DNA of 64,000 bases. Source: Octopus vulgaris. Its lineage: Eukaryota. The stretch covers positions 35,340,001-35,404,000 of the forward strand of contig OX597820.1 in NCBI GenBank assembly GCA_951406725.2. The letters are read 5' to 3'. Under the pieces are notes generated by a model that worked only from the letters and a program-made list of their open reading frames with translations, was not told the origin of the DNA and made no database searches. Each line of letters starts with the position of its first letter. Positions within the stretch are counted from its first letter, which is position 1. Both the position numbers and the translations under genes were made by a program. Shown here one piece after another: positions 1 to 11,781 of this stretch.

Positions 1-29
1 GTGTTAAGCGACAATAAAGACTCTAATAC

Positions 30-170
30 TTGACTGATATCTTATTTTATTGAACACGAAAGAATGAGGGCAAAGTTGACCTCGACAGGATTTGAACTCA
101 AGAAATAAAAACCGTAAGGAATTCCGCACAGTATTTCTTTCGACGCTCTAGCAATTCTGCCTGGTCACCA
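30..170 (-). mobile_element. Degenerate tRNA-derived SINE, family B (Meta-like central domain)
   Basis: aaagaatgagggcaaagttgacctcgacaggatttgaactca is a diverged version of the aaaggatgaaaggcaaagtcgacctcggcggaatttgaactcag core found many times in this window. Confidence 0.7.
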
Positions 171-280
171 ATATTTTTAAGATATAAGAATTTTCAAAGA
201 TATTTTTTAAAAAATACAGGATTATTAATGACAAGTAAGGAACGTAGCTATTTCTGTGTCTATCTGAATTAGTCATCTGA

Positions 281-405
281 TAGCATAGCCGTAGGTTTAA
301 GAAGCTTACTTTCTTATGACGTGGTTCCAGGTTCGATAACGCTGCGAAGAACTTTGGACAAATGCATTCTATCATGGACTTGGGTCGGTCAAAGTTTCGT
401 GGAAA
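281..405 (+). mobile_element. Degenerate 5' half of SINE family A (CORE-like)
   Basis: aagaagcttac...ggttccaggttcgat...ctttggacaaatg...ttgggtcggtcaaag parallels the intact copy at 24289. Confidence 0.5.
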
Positions 406-454
406 CATATCGAATACATGCATAACGCATTATGTTCGTATAGCCACACACACA

Positions 455-600
455 CAATAAATTAAAACTTGTTAAAAGGCCTACACAATGAAAACTAAAC
501 GAAATACAGGCGTGGAATCAGAACAACAGTTAATGCTTTAGCATGTATTCCTTCAGTATTTCGGTGGTTAAAACTTCTTCATCAGGACATGGGGAGAAAT
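455..600 (-). mobile_element. Penelope-like pseudo-LTR fragment with degenerate hammerhead motif (550-592)
   Basis: Minus strand reads CTGATGA-agaagttttaaccacc-GAAA-tactg; the element abuts an (AC)n tract. Confidence 0.45.
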
Positions 601-769
601 GGGTGACAGTATACCTTTGTTATCTTGGCTCAGCTATGTAGGAGAGGGTAATAGCATGCGCAGACCTGCGCATATATCGTAACCAATATTATGAGTCCGG
701 AGTTTATTCAAATTTGCATGGTGTCTAAGCTGACAATATAAAACTGACTTATTTCCCCGCCACTCAACA

Positions 770-970
770 CGCTGAGATACTGAATGGGATGCTAGTCCAT
801 TGTGGACTAATCCCTCACCACTCGCTCAGTTTTCACTGGTACTCATTTTCGATTATGTATGCTGGTGGAAGGTTAAATGAGGTGTCTTGTTCAATGCCGC
901 AATGCTCTGCTCGCCTCGAGAATAGAAAACACGACCTAACGACTATGAGCTCAATGCCTAAAACACTGGG
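770..970 (-). mobile_element. Degenerate tRNA-derived SINE, family C-related
   Basis: ggtactcattttc, gtgtcttgttcaa and cacgacctaacgactatgag parallel the copies at 52680 and 58440. Confidence 0.45.
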
Positions 971-1249
971 CAAGTTGCTTTTATATGTTGGAATGCATTA
1001 TCGTTTATAATTTCTTTACTTTTTTTACGTTGACGGAATGGATTACTGTTTCTAACACGCTTTAACATCACCACTAGGCTCTTTGGTACATCTAGCATAG
1101 TGCACTCTGGTTTAATGCAAGCATTCGAAACAGGTCCCTGGTTTAAGGAGACTTTCTTACCACTCCTCATTCAAACTCGGACCTTCGGAAAATAGTCATG
1201 CGCACTACTAAACGATAAAACGAAATAAACAAACAAACCACCAAACCAC

Positions 1250-1445
1250 ATAGTAGTCTCAGTGGTGGCGGTGATTTGTGTCCCGGCTAGCGACGTAAAC
1301 AAGAGTGTTTATATTGCAGGAGAAGCCGATTCGAGAGGTTTTCTCACGGTAACTATCGCAGTAACCTGTGTTCTAACAGAGCATCCACTTTTAAGTGGGT
1401 ATGAATATTACATCTTGGTGTTAATACTGCTTCTATCGCTACTAT
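1250..1445 (+). repeat. Unclassified ~200 bp interspersed repeat (second copy 18628-18840)
   Basis: Shared colinear blocks gtagYctcagtggtg, gctagcgaYgYaaacaagagtg, gagaggttYtctcaYggYaactatc, catccacttttaagtggg, ttaatactgctYctRtcgcta; both copies end next to (AT)n. Confidence 0.75.
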
Positions 1446-1459
1446 TTATATATAAAATA

Positions 1460-1464
<5 letters not shown>

Positions 1465-1508
<44 letters not shown>

Positions 1509-1637
1509 AAGCGCGTATATGTATATATTATATGTGTGTATATATATATATGTGTGTGTGTGTAATTATAGATAGATGGATAGATAGATAGATAGGTAGG
1601 TAGGTAGGTAGGTAGGTAGGTAGGTAGGTAGGTAGAT

Positions 1638-1706
<69 letters not shown>
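1465..1706. repeat. Compound microsatellite (GT)n/(AT)n/(AGGT)n/(AGAT)n, representative of dozens of such tracts in the window
   Basis: Directly visible. Confidence 0.98.
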
Positions 1707-2068
1707 TTGATGACGTCATAACTACTTAGAATCTTCGAAAGGACTTGAAATAATTCTATTTTGGTAGCAGTGGGTCTCGAAGAAAATAATACTATAAATA
1801 ATAGCGTGTCCCACGGGCAGCTTTCGCTTATTTCTATATTTTAATACAATATTTACACCCTAAAATTATTGCCTTATTTGCTTCGAGATCCACTATTTCT
1901 CAAAAGAACACACCCCCCATACGTACACATGTGATATACATCACGTACATGAGCTTAGAGATTTAATACAAAATTATACGAGAAAGATAAAACATCAACA
2001 TTGTTTGCACGTGTTTCAAGTTCATTGTTTTATTTGTTGATATATCTTGTTTTTTTTTCTTCTTTCAG

Positions 2069-2155
2069 ATGTGCTTCTGCGGATTAATGTGTTCTTAAAG
2101 AAAGTTGTTTGTGATTCTACGGTTCAGTTATCTTCTTAGATAATGCAATGTAACG
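2069..2155 (+). other. Candidate host-gene exon (probably non-coding or terminal)
   Basis: Strong acceptor cttgtttttttttcttctttcAG ending at 2068; possible donor GTAATG at 2156; the longest frame (VLLRINVFLKKVVCDSTVQLSS*) stops at 2139; no homology recognised. Confidence 0.2.
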
Positions 2156-2547
2156 GTAATGTTAAATGAATAGTTAATGACAGATTGTACTGTGAATAAT
2201 GAATATTGTTAGAAATTACTGTTGTATTGTAGTCTAATACATGAGATTGAAGCTGGTTGCAACAGATAAAAGATATTGGCAATTAGAAAAGATAATTTAT
2301 TTGCGTTTTGCTCCACAGTATAGCTCTAATAATATTCCAGACAAGAATTAAACATTTCATATTCACACGAATCTTTTATATATTACTTGATTCACTCACT
2401 GGATTGCGACCATGCTGGAACAGAACTTTGAAACATTCAATCAAGAAAAGTTCAACCCAGTTCTCAGTCTTTCAAGCCTTGCATGTATGTATGTATGTAT
2501 GTATGTATGTATGTATGTATGTATGTATGTATGTATATGTATGTATG

Positions 2548-2584
<37 letters not shown>

Positions 2585-2589
<5 letters not shown>

Positions 2590-2820
2590 GAATTACTGGT
2601 TTAAGACCTAATATTTGTTCATAAAACAATAGGTTTAAATATAAATCATGGTTTATAATCATTGAAAAGAAAGTAAGAAAATAGAGATATTATATTTAAA
2701 AAAACATTATTATCGGCAAAAATCAAGCATAGTCTCTTACAGCTGTTTCAGTTAGGCCTAATAGATTAAATAGTAATTAGCAAAATCATTATATTCGGCA
2801 AAATCTCTTCAAAAGGGTAG
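2585..2820 (-). mobile_element. Penelope-like pseudo-LTR fragment with degenerate hammerhead
   Basis: Starts at (AT)n; minus strand has TTGAAGAG (2805-2812), a long spacer, then GAAACAGCTGTA (2738-2749), i.e. palindromic stem III ACAGCTGT plus GUA triplet. Confidence 0.4.
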
Positions 2821-2861
2821 AAAAAAGATATACAGTTAGGTTTTTATGTGTTGTATTTTAG

Positions 2862-3340
2862 AATCACCTCAGCAGTGTGGAGTGGAGTGAAAGCGTTTGA
2901 GGAAGTCAAGATAACAGATGCAAGACTCAAGAGAGATGTAATGAACAATGTTGTGATCAAGAAGGTGAATCTCAGTGACCTTTTTGCTTGCACAATTTGT
3001 GACAGACAATGCCTTTCTTTTGCTGGGCTAAAATCTCATTTGAGGACCAATGAAAAACGAACCTCCACCAACAATTCTGCCTATATATATGTGCACACAT
3101 TTCAGTGCCGTGTATGCCATAAGGTCTGCAGTTCTAACGGAGGCCTCTGAAGACATTTTAAGACACACAAAGATCAGAACTTAACTGCAGCTCTTGGCGG
3201 TCCAAATTGGATATGCAGTCTATGTGGATGTCTTTTCAATGCATCGTCTGGTTTAAAAAGCCACATCGGACGCCATGATGAATCTAAAGTGTAGGCACAA
3301 GAGGTGATCAGACTCTACATAATCAGTAGACAAACACCGC
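2862..3340 (+). mobile_element. 3' end of an RTE-clade LINE with three C2H2 zinc fingers (pseudogenised)
   Basis: SAVWSGVKAFEEVKITDARLKR is typical of RTE ORF C-termini; fingers CTICDRQCLSFAGLKSHLRTN, CRVCHKVCSSNGGL*RHFKTH, CSLCGCLFNASSGLKSHIGRH; in-frame TGA 3148-3150, final TAG 3292-3294; short UTR then (AT)/(AC) tail. Confidence 0.75.
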
Positions 3341-3439
<99 letters not shown>

Positions 3440-3530
3440 ATTAATCGAAATAACGGAGAAAAATGACAAGAAAACAACAACATAAGGACGTAGTACATGC
3501 AAAGTATTAATAAGAGGTTCAGGGAAGGGC
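3440..3530 (-). mobile_element. Truncated copy of the hammerhead-bearing element at 21181/55135
   Basis: aaacaacaacataaggacgtagtacatgcaaagtatt...ttcagggaagg aligns with aagcaacaacgcgaggacgtggaacaagtacagtgttatt...ctcaagaaagg; abuts (AT)n. Confidence 0.55.
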
Positions 3531-3992
3531 ACTCAACGCATTTATTGGGAGTTACATGTATGGATCAAAATAGTTTGATTCAAAATCCTTGGTAGTCTGA
3601 GTCTCAAGCTATCAGAGTCTGTACATATATATATATATACATACATATATGTATGTATGTTTGTGTGTTTTTATGTGTGTATACCTGCATATATATCTAT
3701 GCCATTATTGGATCATACTTGATGTAAACACAATGTTGATATTACTGGTGTAGTTTTCTTCAGGTAATACCCTTCAGGGACTTGCAGTGTTAAAAATACG
3801 ATAAATATTTGGGAGAAAGGCGAAATTTTGAAACAGGTGCAGCGACTGCAAGCATTAGATGCTTTTCTGCCTTTGCGTACGCATTAAGTATGATACATAG
3901 ATGGCTATTTTCAGTTAACACCTCAGTTGTGTATACCGGATCTCATGCATATGTGTGTATGTGCGTGTTTGTGTATGTGATTGTCTGTGTGA

Positions 3993-4088
<96 letters not shown>

Positions 4089-4171
4089 TGTGGTGAGTGT
4101 AGGCATACTCTCTGCTATAGTTTCCACACTAAGTGGTTTTTCTTTCCTTGAGTGATTAATAATTGTCAATA

Positions 4172-4370
4172 AACGTTAGCACACCGGGCGAAATGCTTAG
4201 TGGTATTTCGTCCGCCGCTACGTTCTGAGTTCAAATTCTGCCTAGGTCGATTTTGCCTTTCCTCCTTTTGGGGTCGATAAATTAAGAACCAGCTGTATAC
4301 AGGATTCGATCTAATCAACTGTACTCCTCTCCAAAAATTTCGGACCTTGTGCCTAGAGTAGAAAAGAATA
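4172..4370 (+). mobile_element. SINE family B
   Basis: cgttagcacaccgggcgaaatgcttag...gagttcaaattc (B box)...gtcgattttgcctttcctccttttggggtcgataaa...cttgtgcctagagtagaaaagaataat. Confidence 0.9.
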
Positions 4371-4419
4371 ATATTGTTTTAGTGCATAGCCAGCAATTCG
4401 ATTACAAGAGCCTTGTTCT

Positions 4420-4556
4420 TAACTGGCATTCATTTTATCAACTATGATGAAATGCAAAATCGACCTCGACAGATTTTGAATTCAGAACGTAATGACGGTC
4501 GAAATGTTGATAAGCAAATTTCCCGGCGAGTTAACGATTCTGTCTGCAAGTGGCCT
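4420..4556 (-). mobile_element. Degenerate SINE family B, inverted relative to the 4172 copy
   Basis: aaatcgacctcgacagattttgaattcagaacgta...cccggcgagttaacgattctg. Confidence 0.75.
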
Positions 4557-5072
4557 TTATAATTTTCGATAACATCGGCATAATATATTGTTATCTCAAA
4601 TTAAAACCAACACCAACGAAAGGAGACACGTTTTCCTATCACAAAGATCCAACTATAAAGTTTTCGTTCTATGTCTGGTGCACACGTTTGTGTGTGTATG
4701 TGTATATGTATGCGTGTGTTCACTGGATAATTGTGACTGTACACGTGATTCTACTGGATAATTAAGGCAATGGAAGAACATAGTGTGGCATCATCTGTAA
4801 GACATCAGTCTGCCGGATAATTAATTCTCCGACAATTTCACATGAATAAATAGTTACAAGTTTATCAAACATATCTGTAAACGAGTTTATGTCCTTCATT
4901 GAGATGCATTGAATACTGATTGTATAAAGCAAACGAAATGTCAAACGGTCTATCTACTAATGTTACCCTATTCACACATTTAACCCTATTTCGTTACCCT
5001 ATTCACACATTTAACAGCGATGACAGCAGAGATAAGAACAGCAAGAGCAGCAGCAGCAGCAGCAACAGCAGT

Positions 5073-5265
5073 GGAGGCGCAATGGGCTAGTGGTCAGGGC
5101 AGCGGACACGCGGTCGTAAGAACGCGGTTTCGATTCCCAGGTTGGGCATTGTGAGTGTTTTTTGAGCAAAAACACCTAAGCTTCACGAGGCTCCGGCGGG
5201 CGGGGAAGGGGACTCCGCTGTACTCTTTCACCACAACTTTCTCTCACTCTTTCTTCCTACTTCTG
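5073..5265 (+). mobile_element. tRNA-derived SINE, family D
   Basis: ggaggcgcaatgggctagtggtcagggcagcggac (A box) ... ggtttcgattccc (B box), followed by a non-tRNA body. Confidence 0.75.
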
Positions 5266-5269
5266 CCAC

Positions 5270-5547
5270 AAAACAGAGGAACCATGGTGTAACCCACTAT
5301 GGTGTGGTAAACTTTCAGACCCTAGTCTAGATTGCGAATCCTCTGTACCCCAGGATGGTTCAGCTCTCCACCCGTTAAAAGCAACCGTTTACGGAATGAA
5401 GATAACAACGTAGATTTAGCGCCCGTGCAACCGCCAGTCTATTGCATGTGGTGGGTGGATCTTCAAGTTGCCACAGGCATTCTTAGTAGCTTAGAGTAGG
5501 CTCGAATTAGAGATTACTCTTTGTGGCTAATGGCGTAAGTCCTGATT

Positions 5548-5583
<36 letters not shown>

Positions 5584-5652
5584 AGAAGAAGAAGAAGAAG
5601 AAGAAGAAGAAGAAGAAGAAGAAGAAGAAGAAGAAGAAGAAGAAGAAGAAGA
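5270..5652 (+). mobile_element. Probable RTE-related non-autonomous element with (GAA)n tail
   Basis: ctctccacccgttaaaagcaac and tggctaatggcgtaagtcctgattgg followed by ~100 bp (GAA)n; assignment rests on recalled RTE UTR motifs only. Confidence 0.3.
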
Positions 5653-5894
5653 AAACAGTGGCAGCACAAGCAACAGCAACAACAACACACAAGATTCATG
5701 TAATTCGACATTGATTCTCATCGCGTGAATGGTTACATTGTAGTTAACAAATATATTCTGCCATGTTTGGTTGCTAGCCACATCACGCCACTCGGCTGAA
5801 CATAACCTCCTTGCACATAAGCGCCTTTAACGAGGTTCTCTCCATAACAAACACTGGCCCCCGCCCCTGCAAAAGATTCACGTTGTTCTCAAGA

Positions 5895-6051
5895 GGTGAT
5901 GACATTGCTTCTCAACTACATGGTTCCAGGTTCAGTCCTACGTCGTGGCATCTTGGGCAACTGTTTTCTACTATATCTTCGGGCCAACCAAAGCCTTACG
6001 AGTAGATTTGGTAGACGGAAACTGAAGAAACCCATCCTGTGTGTGTGCGTG

Positions 6052-6089
<38 letters not shown>

Positions 6090-6292
6090 TGTCCTTGTGT
6101 CTGTGTTTGTCCCCCAGCACCGCTTGACAAGTGCTGGTGTATTTACATCCCCGTTACCTAGCTGTTCGGCCAGAGATGTCGATAGAAAGAAAAGAGTACT
6201 TGGGTCGATTCATTTGACTAAAAGTTCTTCAAGGCAGTGCCCCAGGGTGGCCGCAGTCTAATGACTGAAACAAGTAAAAGATAAAAGATAAA
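5895..6292 (+). mobile_element. SINE family A (CORE-like, internal (GT)n)
   Basis: catggttccaggttcagtcc...ggcatcttgggcaactg...gatttggtagacggaaactgaagaaaccc...(GT)n...ggccgcagtctaatgactgaaacaagtaaaag. Confidence 0.9.
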
Positions 6293-7998
6293 GAATTCCC
6301 TAAATATTACAGACTAAACGGAAAATTCTTGCACCATTCTTTCTCCCCTTCTCTAATATTTGTAGAGTCGGAATCCAATGCATTAGTTTTAGTAACACAA
6401 ACTCCGTATTCTGTTACACTCCGAGACACAAACCTCTCAGCTCCAATCTCATCCTTTGCTATTCAGGTTATTTATTGTTCGTTACAAAGTGAGTAGCTTT
6501 AACCCAGCATCGTAACTCCTCAAAATAATAGATAAACCTAGTGTAGGTTCAGCGACTAGGTAGCAGGTGCACGGGCCCTCAGAAATTCCGGGCCGGTGTC
6601 CGGAATTCTGGATGACTACTGGTAGTGAGGCACCTCTCAGCTATTGTTAAAGCTTCTCTCTAGAATCCACTTCAAACTCTGTCTACGTCTGTTCCGTTAA
6701 TCGGCGGTGATTGGTTAGTGAATCCTCTGCGTGTGTATGCATGTGACCGGGGATCACATGTGAGCTTGTATTTCCACTGAAACTTCGAACATGACTAGTT
6801 GGACGGAACCGGGTCAACGCAATTCGGTTGAATGCCGTCGCAAATACAAATAAACCTTTGGACCATGAAATGAACTGCAAAAGATGCCTCTGTGGATTTT
6901 ACAGTCATCAAGATCTCTCACTTTCCAAACTACGGCCGTTCCTTTTTGTGCTTTACCAAAACGAGCCTTTCAACTTTTCTGGATCTTCTAATACTCCCTC
7001 AACCAAAATGGTTCCATAATCTGTACTTCAGCGAGAAAAAAAAAGGCAAAACTTTCCACATTCGGTGTCGACTTTATATCCAACTCCATACTGTCCATAC
7101 TAAATAAATCTCTTCTAAAACTATCCTTCCCATTCCGCTCTACCAGACTCACCCACATGCAAATATACATACCAAATGTGAAACTACTCCCAAAACATTC
7201 AAACAAACAAAACCAGTGTCCCTGACAACGTTCGTTATATTACACACCCAAAAACATAACTGTTTCAAAAGCATGTACTAGGGTTTTCGACACCCTGGCA
7301 AGCTTCTGCAAGGCCAAAGAATTTTTTTGTTTTTTTTACTGCTTCCCGTACATCGAAGAACGAATTTCGACCTAGCAAGTGACAGACGGCTGCACGGCAT
7401 TGACAGGTCCCAAAGTAAGTAGGGACCCAAGTAGAGTGAAACACCTCAGGTGTTCTCGTAGTTACTGCTGGGACATATGTTTTCAATTTATTTTGTCTAT
7501 GAATGAATTTTCTCTCAGACAGAACACAAGCATCATACCTTTTAATGGCGTATATACATTAAACAAGCAATAAATCCAGACAACTATTTTAGGAAAATAT
7601 CACACGCGTTTGACGTAATTTTTAAATCTCCATTAATCAAAAACAATTTTTTAAAAAAAGTAATAGCATTTTCCTTTTTTTTTTCTTTTCGTTAGTATTT
7701 ACAAGTGATACGTAGAGGAGTCGGGTGGCGAGGTAAAGGGGTGATGTTTGCTATCCTTTTTATATTTTCATTCAGTTTTAAACTAAATATTATTTTATGC
7801 AATGTCAGGTTCAACCGTATGTTGTTTCATATGAAATATTTGAATAGAAAGAATAAGGATGTTTATTGACACTTCTGTTTCCAAATGTCGGTTGGGGGAC
7901 AGTGTTTATTATGAGATTGCAATAGAGATAATTGAGGGCTGCTTGTTAATGATTTTTCTATACTTCTTTATTGTCATCATCATCATCATCATCATCTT

Positions 7999-8030
<32 letters not shown>

Positions 8031-8389
8031 TTATCAATATTATTTAAAAGTGGTGGGGGAAAGTGGTGATGTGATGGTTATTGGTTCTGTGGCTTGACAC
8101 GAGTGTCAAGGGGTACTGCAGACATTGGCGTTAGAAGCAAATGTTTCAATATATTATGTGCGTGTGTTCGTGGTGATCCGTGCGTGCATGTATACGCGTG
8201 TGTGTGTGTGTGTCTAAGTGTTTTGTTTTTTTTTTGTTATTGGTGTCTCAGACCCATAAAGCTGTTGCACTGAATCTTTCATTTATCTTCTTTATTTAAT
8301 TATTCAGCTGACAAATAGCAACAGTTTACCAACCCATCTGACCATTAACGCACATGGCCGCCATTACTCGCATCATAAACTGTGATGTT

Positions 8390-8862
8390 CCACCACCAAC
8401 ACTACCACCAAGACCACCACCACCACTACTACCAACAGTGCAACAAATACACGCTGCAATCACAACCACTGGTAGCACCACCAGCAAAAGCTACGTCATA
8501 ATCACCGTGGCCACCACCATCATTACCACCGTTACCACTACAATAACCACTACCACCACCATCCCACCACCATTACCACAACCACTACTACCATCATCAC
8601 CACCACTACCATCACTTTACCACCACCATCACCTTACCACCGCCTTCACCTTACCACCACTACAACTATCATCACCACCACCACTATTACGACTAGCACC
8701 AGCACAAACAGTACCACCGTCACCACCACCACCACCACTACCACTATCACCACCACCTTCACCGCCACCACTGCCACTGGTACTATTCTAAACAAGATCA
8801 ATGTGTCTCGTGACTTTTGCATTAAATTTCAATGTCGAACATATTAACTTTTTGACAAAAAC

Positions 8863-8929
<67 letters not shown>

Positions 8930-8938
8930 TTGATAATG

Positions 8939-9016
<78 letters not shown>

Positions 9017-9076
9017 GTAAAATAAATATTTAATCCATTTGTTTTTCTCTGAACCCGTCCTCTCTGTCTGTCTGCT

Positions 9077-9110
<34 letters not shown>

Positions 9111-10400
9111 CCTCTCTCTGTCTGTCTGTCTCTCTCTCTCTGTTTTAGACGCCAGTTTCCACCTCCCCCTATCGCATACAAATTTATTTGAACTGGTGGA
9201 CATTTTTTATTGCCTAAATTAATTTTTTAGCTGACATACACGTCTTCATTGTCATCATTACCTCCTACCACCACCACCACCACCACCACCACCACCACCA
9301 CCACCACCACCATCACCACAAATAACACAACAGCAAACAACATAGCAATAACAACAACAACAACAGCAACAACAACAACAGCAACAACAACAACAGCTTC
9401 CGTGCCGACTGCAACAACACTTCAGTCATCCACATGAGCACTACCAACATCATCAACATCATCATCACAATCACCATCACCGCCATCACCACCACCACCA
9501 CCACCACCACCACCACCACCACCACTACCACCAATTTCCTCAGAGTGCTACATCTGTCTACCAGTTCAAGGTTAAACCATGTTTTGCCTTCGTGGAATTG
9601 GTGTCGCTCTTGATGGAGAGTGTAAAACGACAGTCAAATCACGTAAAGACTATCACCGGTCTCTCCACCACCACCACACTATCAAATGTCTCTCAACCAC
9701 CACCACCACCATCACCACCTTTATCCTCATCGCCACTGCGCCACAACTGCCACCACAAGTAGTACTCTAACCAACAACATCACAACCGAGATCCCCACCG
9801 CCACCACCACCACCACCACCGATATCACCACCACCACCGATATCACCACCACCACCGACATCACCACCACTACTGACATCACCATCACCACCGACAAATC
9901 ACAACCACCACTGATATCACCCCCACCGACATTACATCACCACCATCACCCCCACCGACATCACAACTACTACCACCGACTTCACCACCACCACCGACTT
10001 CACCACCACCACCGACATCACCATCACCACCACGACCGTCATTACCACCACCTCCGACATCACCACCACCACCACCACCGACATCACCACCCCTACCGAT
10101 ATTACCATCATCACCAACCTCACCTCCACTGCTTTCGCTATCACCAGTACTGCCACAAGTACCACGACTAGTGCCACCACCAGCGCCAACGTGACTATAA
10201 CCAAAAACAACATTGTCATCATCACCATCACCATTTCCATTGTCATTCACTACCATTACCACCATCATCACAACCACCACCACAGATACTACCTTCAGCA
10301 TCACCACCACCACCACCGCCATCACAACTGCTGTCACCACAGCAACCATCGCCATCATTACCCCTATCATCACCATCACTGCAACCACAACCACAATCAC
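8390..10400. repeat. (ACC)n-derived low-complexity domain, including an 18-bp ACCACCACCACCGAYATC minisatellite and an (AAT)n tract at 8862-9015
   Basis: Directly visible; the Thr-rich reading frame is broken by several frameshifts and stops. Confidence 0.9.
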
Positions 10401-10551
10401 CGTGTGTCTTTACGAATGACCTATCGGATGAAGTAGGCCAAGAGACATCATGCACAGAATAAAGTTTTTAGGGTAGGTCACTTTTGGAATACTAATGAGC
10501 ATAAGTCTTCGCTAAACGACAGCAAAAACTTATTGACCAGGTTGTAATATT

Positions 10552-10975
10552 GGTTTCAAACTTTGACTAAACGCCAGCAATTTTGGTGGTGGGTTTATGT
10601 CGATTATATCGACCCCCAAAGCTCAACTGGGACTTAATTTATCGACCCCGAAAGGATGAAAGGTAAAGTCGACCTCGGCGGAATTTGAACTCAGAACGTA
10701 AGGACGGACGAAATACCGCTAAGCAGTCTACCAGCTCGCCGCCTTACCCAGTTTATAGTATTCTTTTCTACTCTAGGTACAAGGCCCGAAATTTTGGTGG
10801 AGGGGACAGTCGATTAGATTGACCCTAGTACGCAACTGGTACATAATTCATCGACCCCGAAATGATGAAAGGTAAAGTGGACCTCGGCAGAATTTGAACT
10901 CAGAACGTAAGGACGGACGAAATACCACTAAGCATTTTGCCCGGCGAGCTAAGGATTCTGCCAGCTCGCCGCCGT
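10552..10975 (-). mobile_element. Two tandem SINE family B copies (10552-10745, 10763-10975)
   Basis: Two full cores, flanked and separated by three versions of a 16-17 bp sequence (10536, 10746, 10976) that look like target-site duplications. Confidence 0.9.
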
Positions 10976-11509
10976 ACCCAGCTTATAATATTGCAAGTGA
11001 AACTCCCGCATCATCGTCGCATAAACCTAGTAGGAGCAATGCGAAGGTCCTGGGTACGCAAATTCAGATAAAAGGAGAAATCATAACATTGTCTCGTTTT
11101 CTTTTTGTTTTCATTTTGTTCTTTTATGCATATATTTATTTTAGATGTCTATATCAAGAGAGAGGAGTTGTGTCTTTCGCATTTGTTGGCCCTCTAAAAC
11201 CAGTGAGATACTTGGACAAACTGCTAGTGATAGACAATAGGGAAAGATTTCTGTGGGATAGCATTCTGTGCAAGAATTGGTAACATTGTGGTGGCACAGG
11301 GTCTCACATGGTAGACACAATACGAGTAAAAGGTGAACCATTTCAACAGGATTGAGTTAATCGCTACCATCGACTCCAACTCTTGAAATGAAAGGCAAAG
11401 TTGAGCGTGGCAGGATTTGAACTCAGAACGTAGTTTCACAGACGCCCAAAATGCTTCTTCCACCACCACCCTTATAACAACAACAATAGCAATAGCTATA
11501 ATTAGTCTT

Positions 11510-11712
11510 TTTTAATTTTGGCCCAAGGCCAGCAATGTTTTAGGGAGGGAGCAACTTGGTTATATCGGGCGCAATGCTTTACATCGATGGCTCTAAAAAG
11601 GATGAAAGGCAAAATCGACCTCAGCGTAATTTGAACTCAGAATGTAGAGTTGGAAGAAATACCGCTAAGCAGTTTGTCCGACCTGGTAACGATTCTGCCA
11701 GTTCGCCTCCCT
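11510..11712 (-). mobile_element. SINE family B (another degenerate copy at ~11350-11470)
   Basis: ggatgaaaggcaaaatcgacctcagcgtaatttgaactcagaa...aacgattctgccagttcgcc. Confidence 0.85.
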
Positions 11713-11719
11713 AATAATT

Positions 11720-11778
<59 letters not shown>

Positions 11779-11781
<3 letters not shown>

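Noticed and set aside
5073-5150. tRNA gene (also 24289, 47028, 58700-58772)
   Set aside because: A/B boxes are present, but no clean cloverleaf is evident and each continues into a repeat body, so these are SINE heads or tRNA-like segments.
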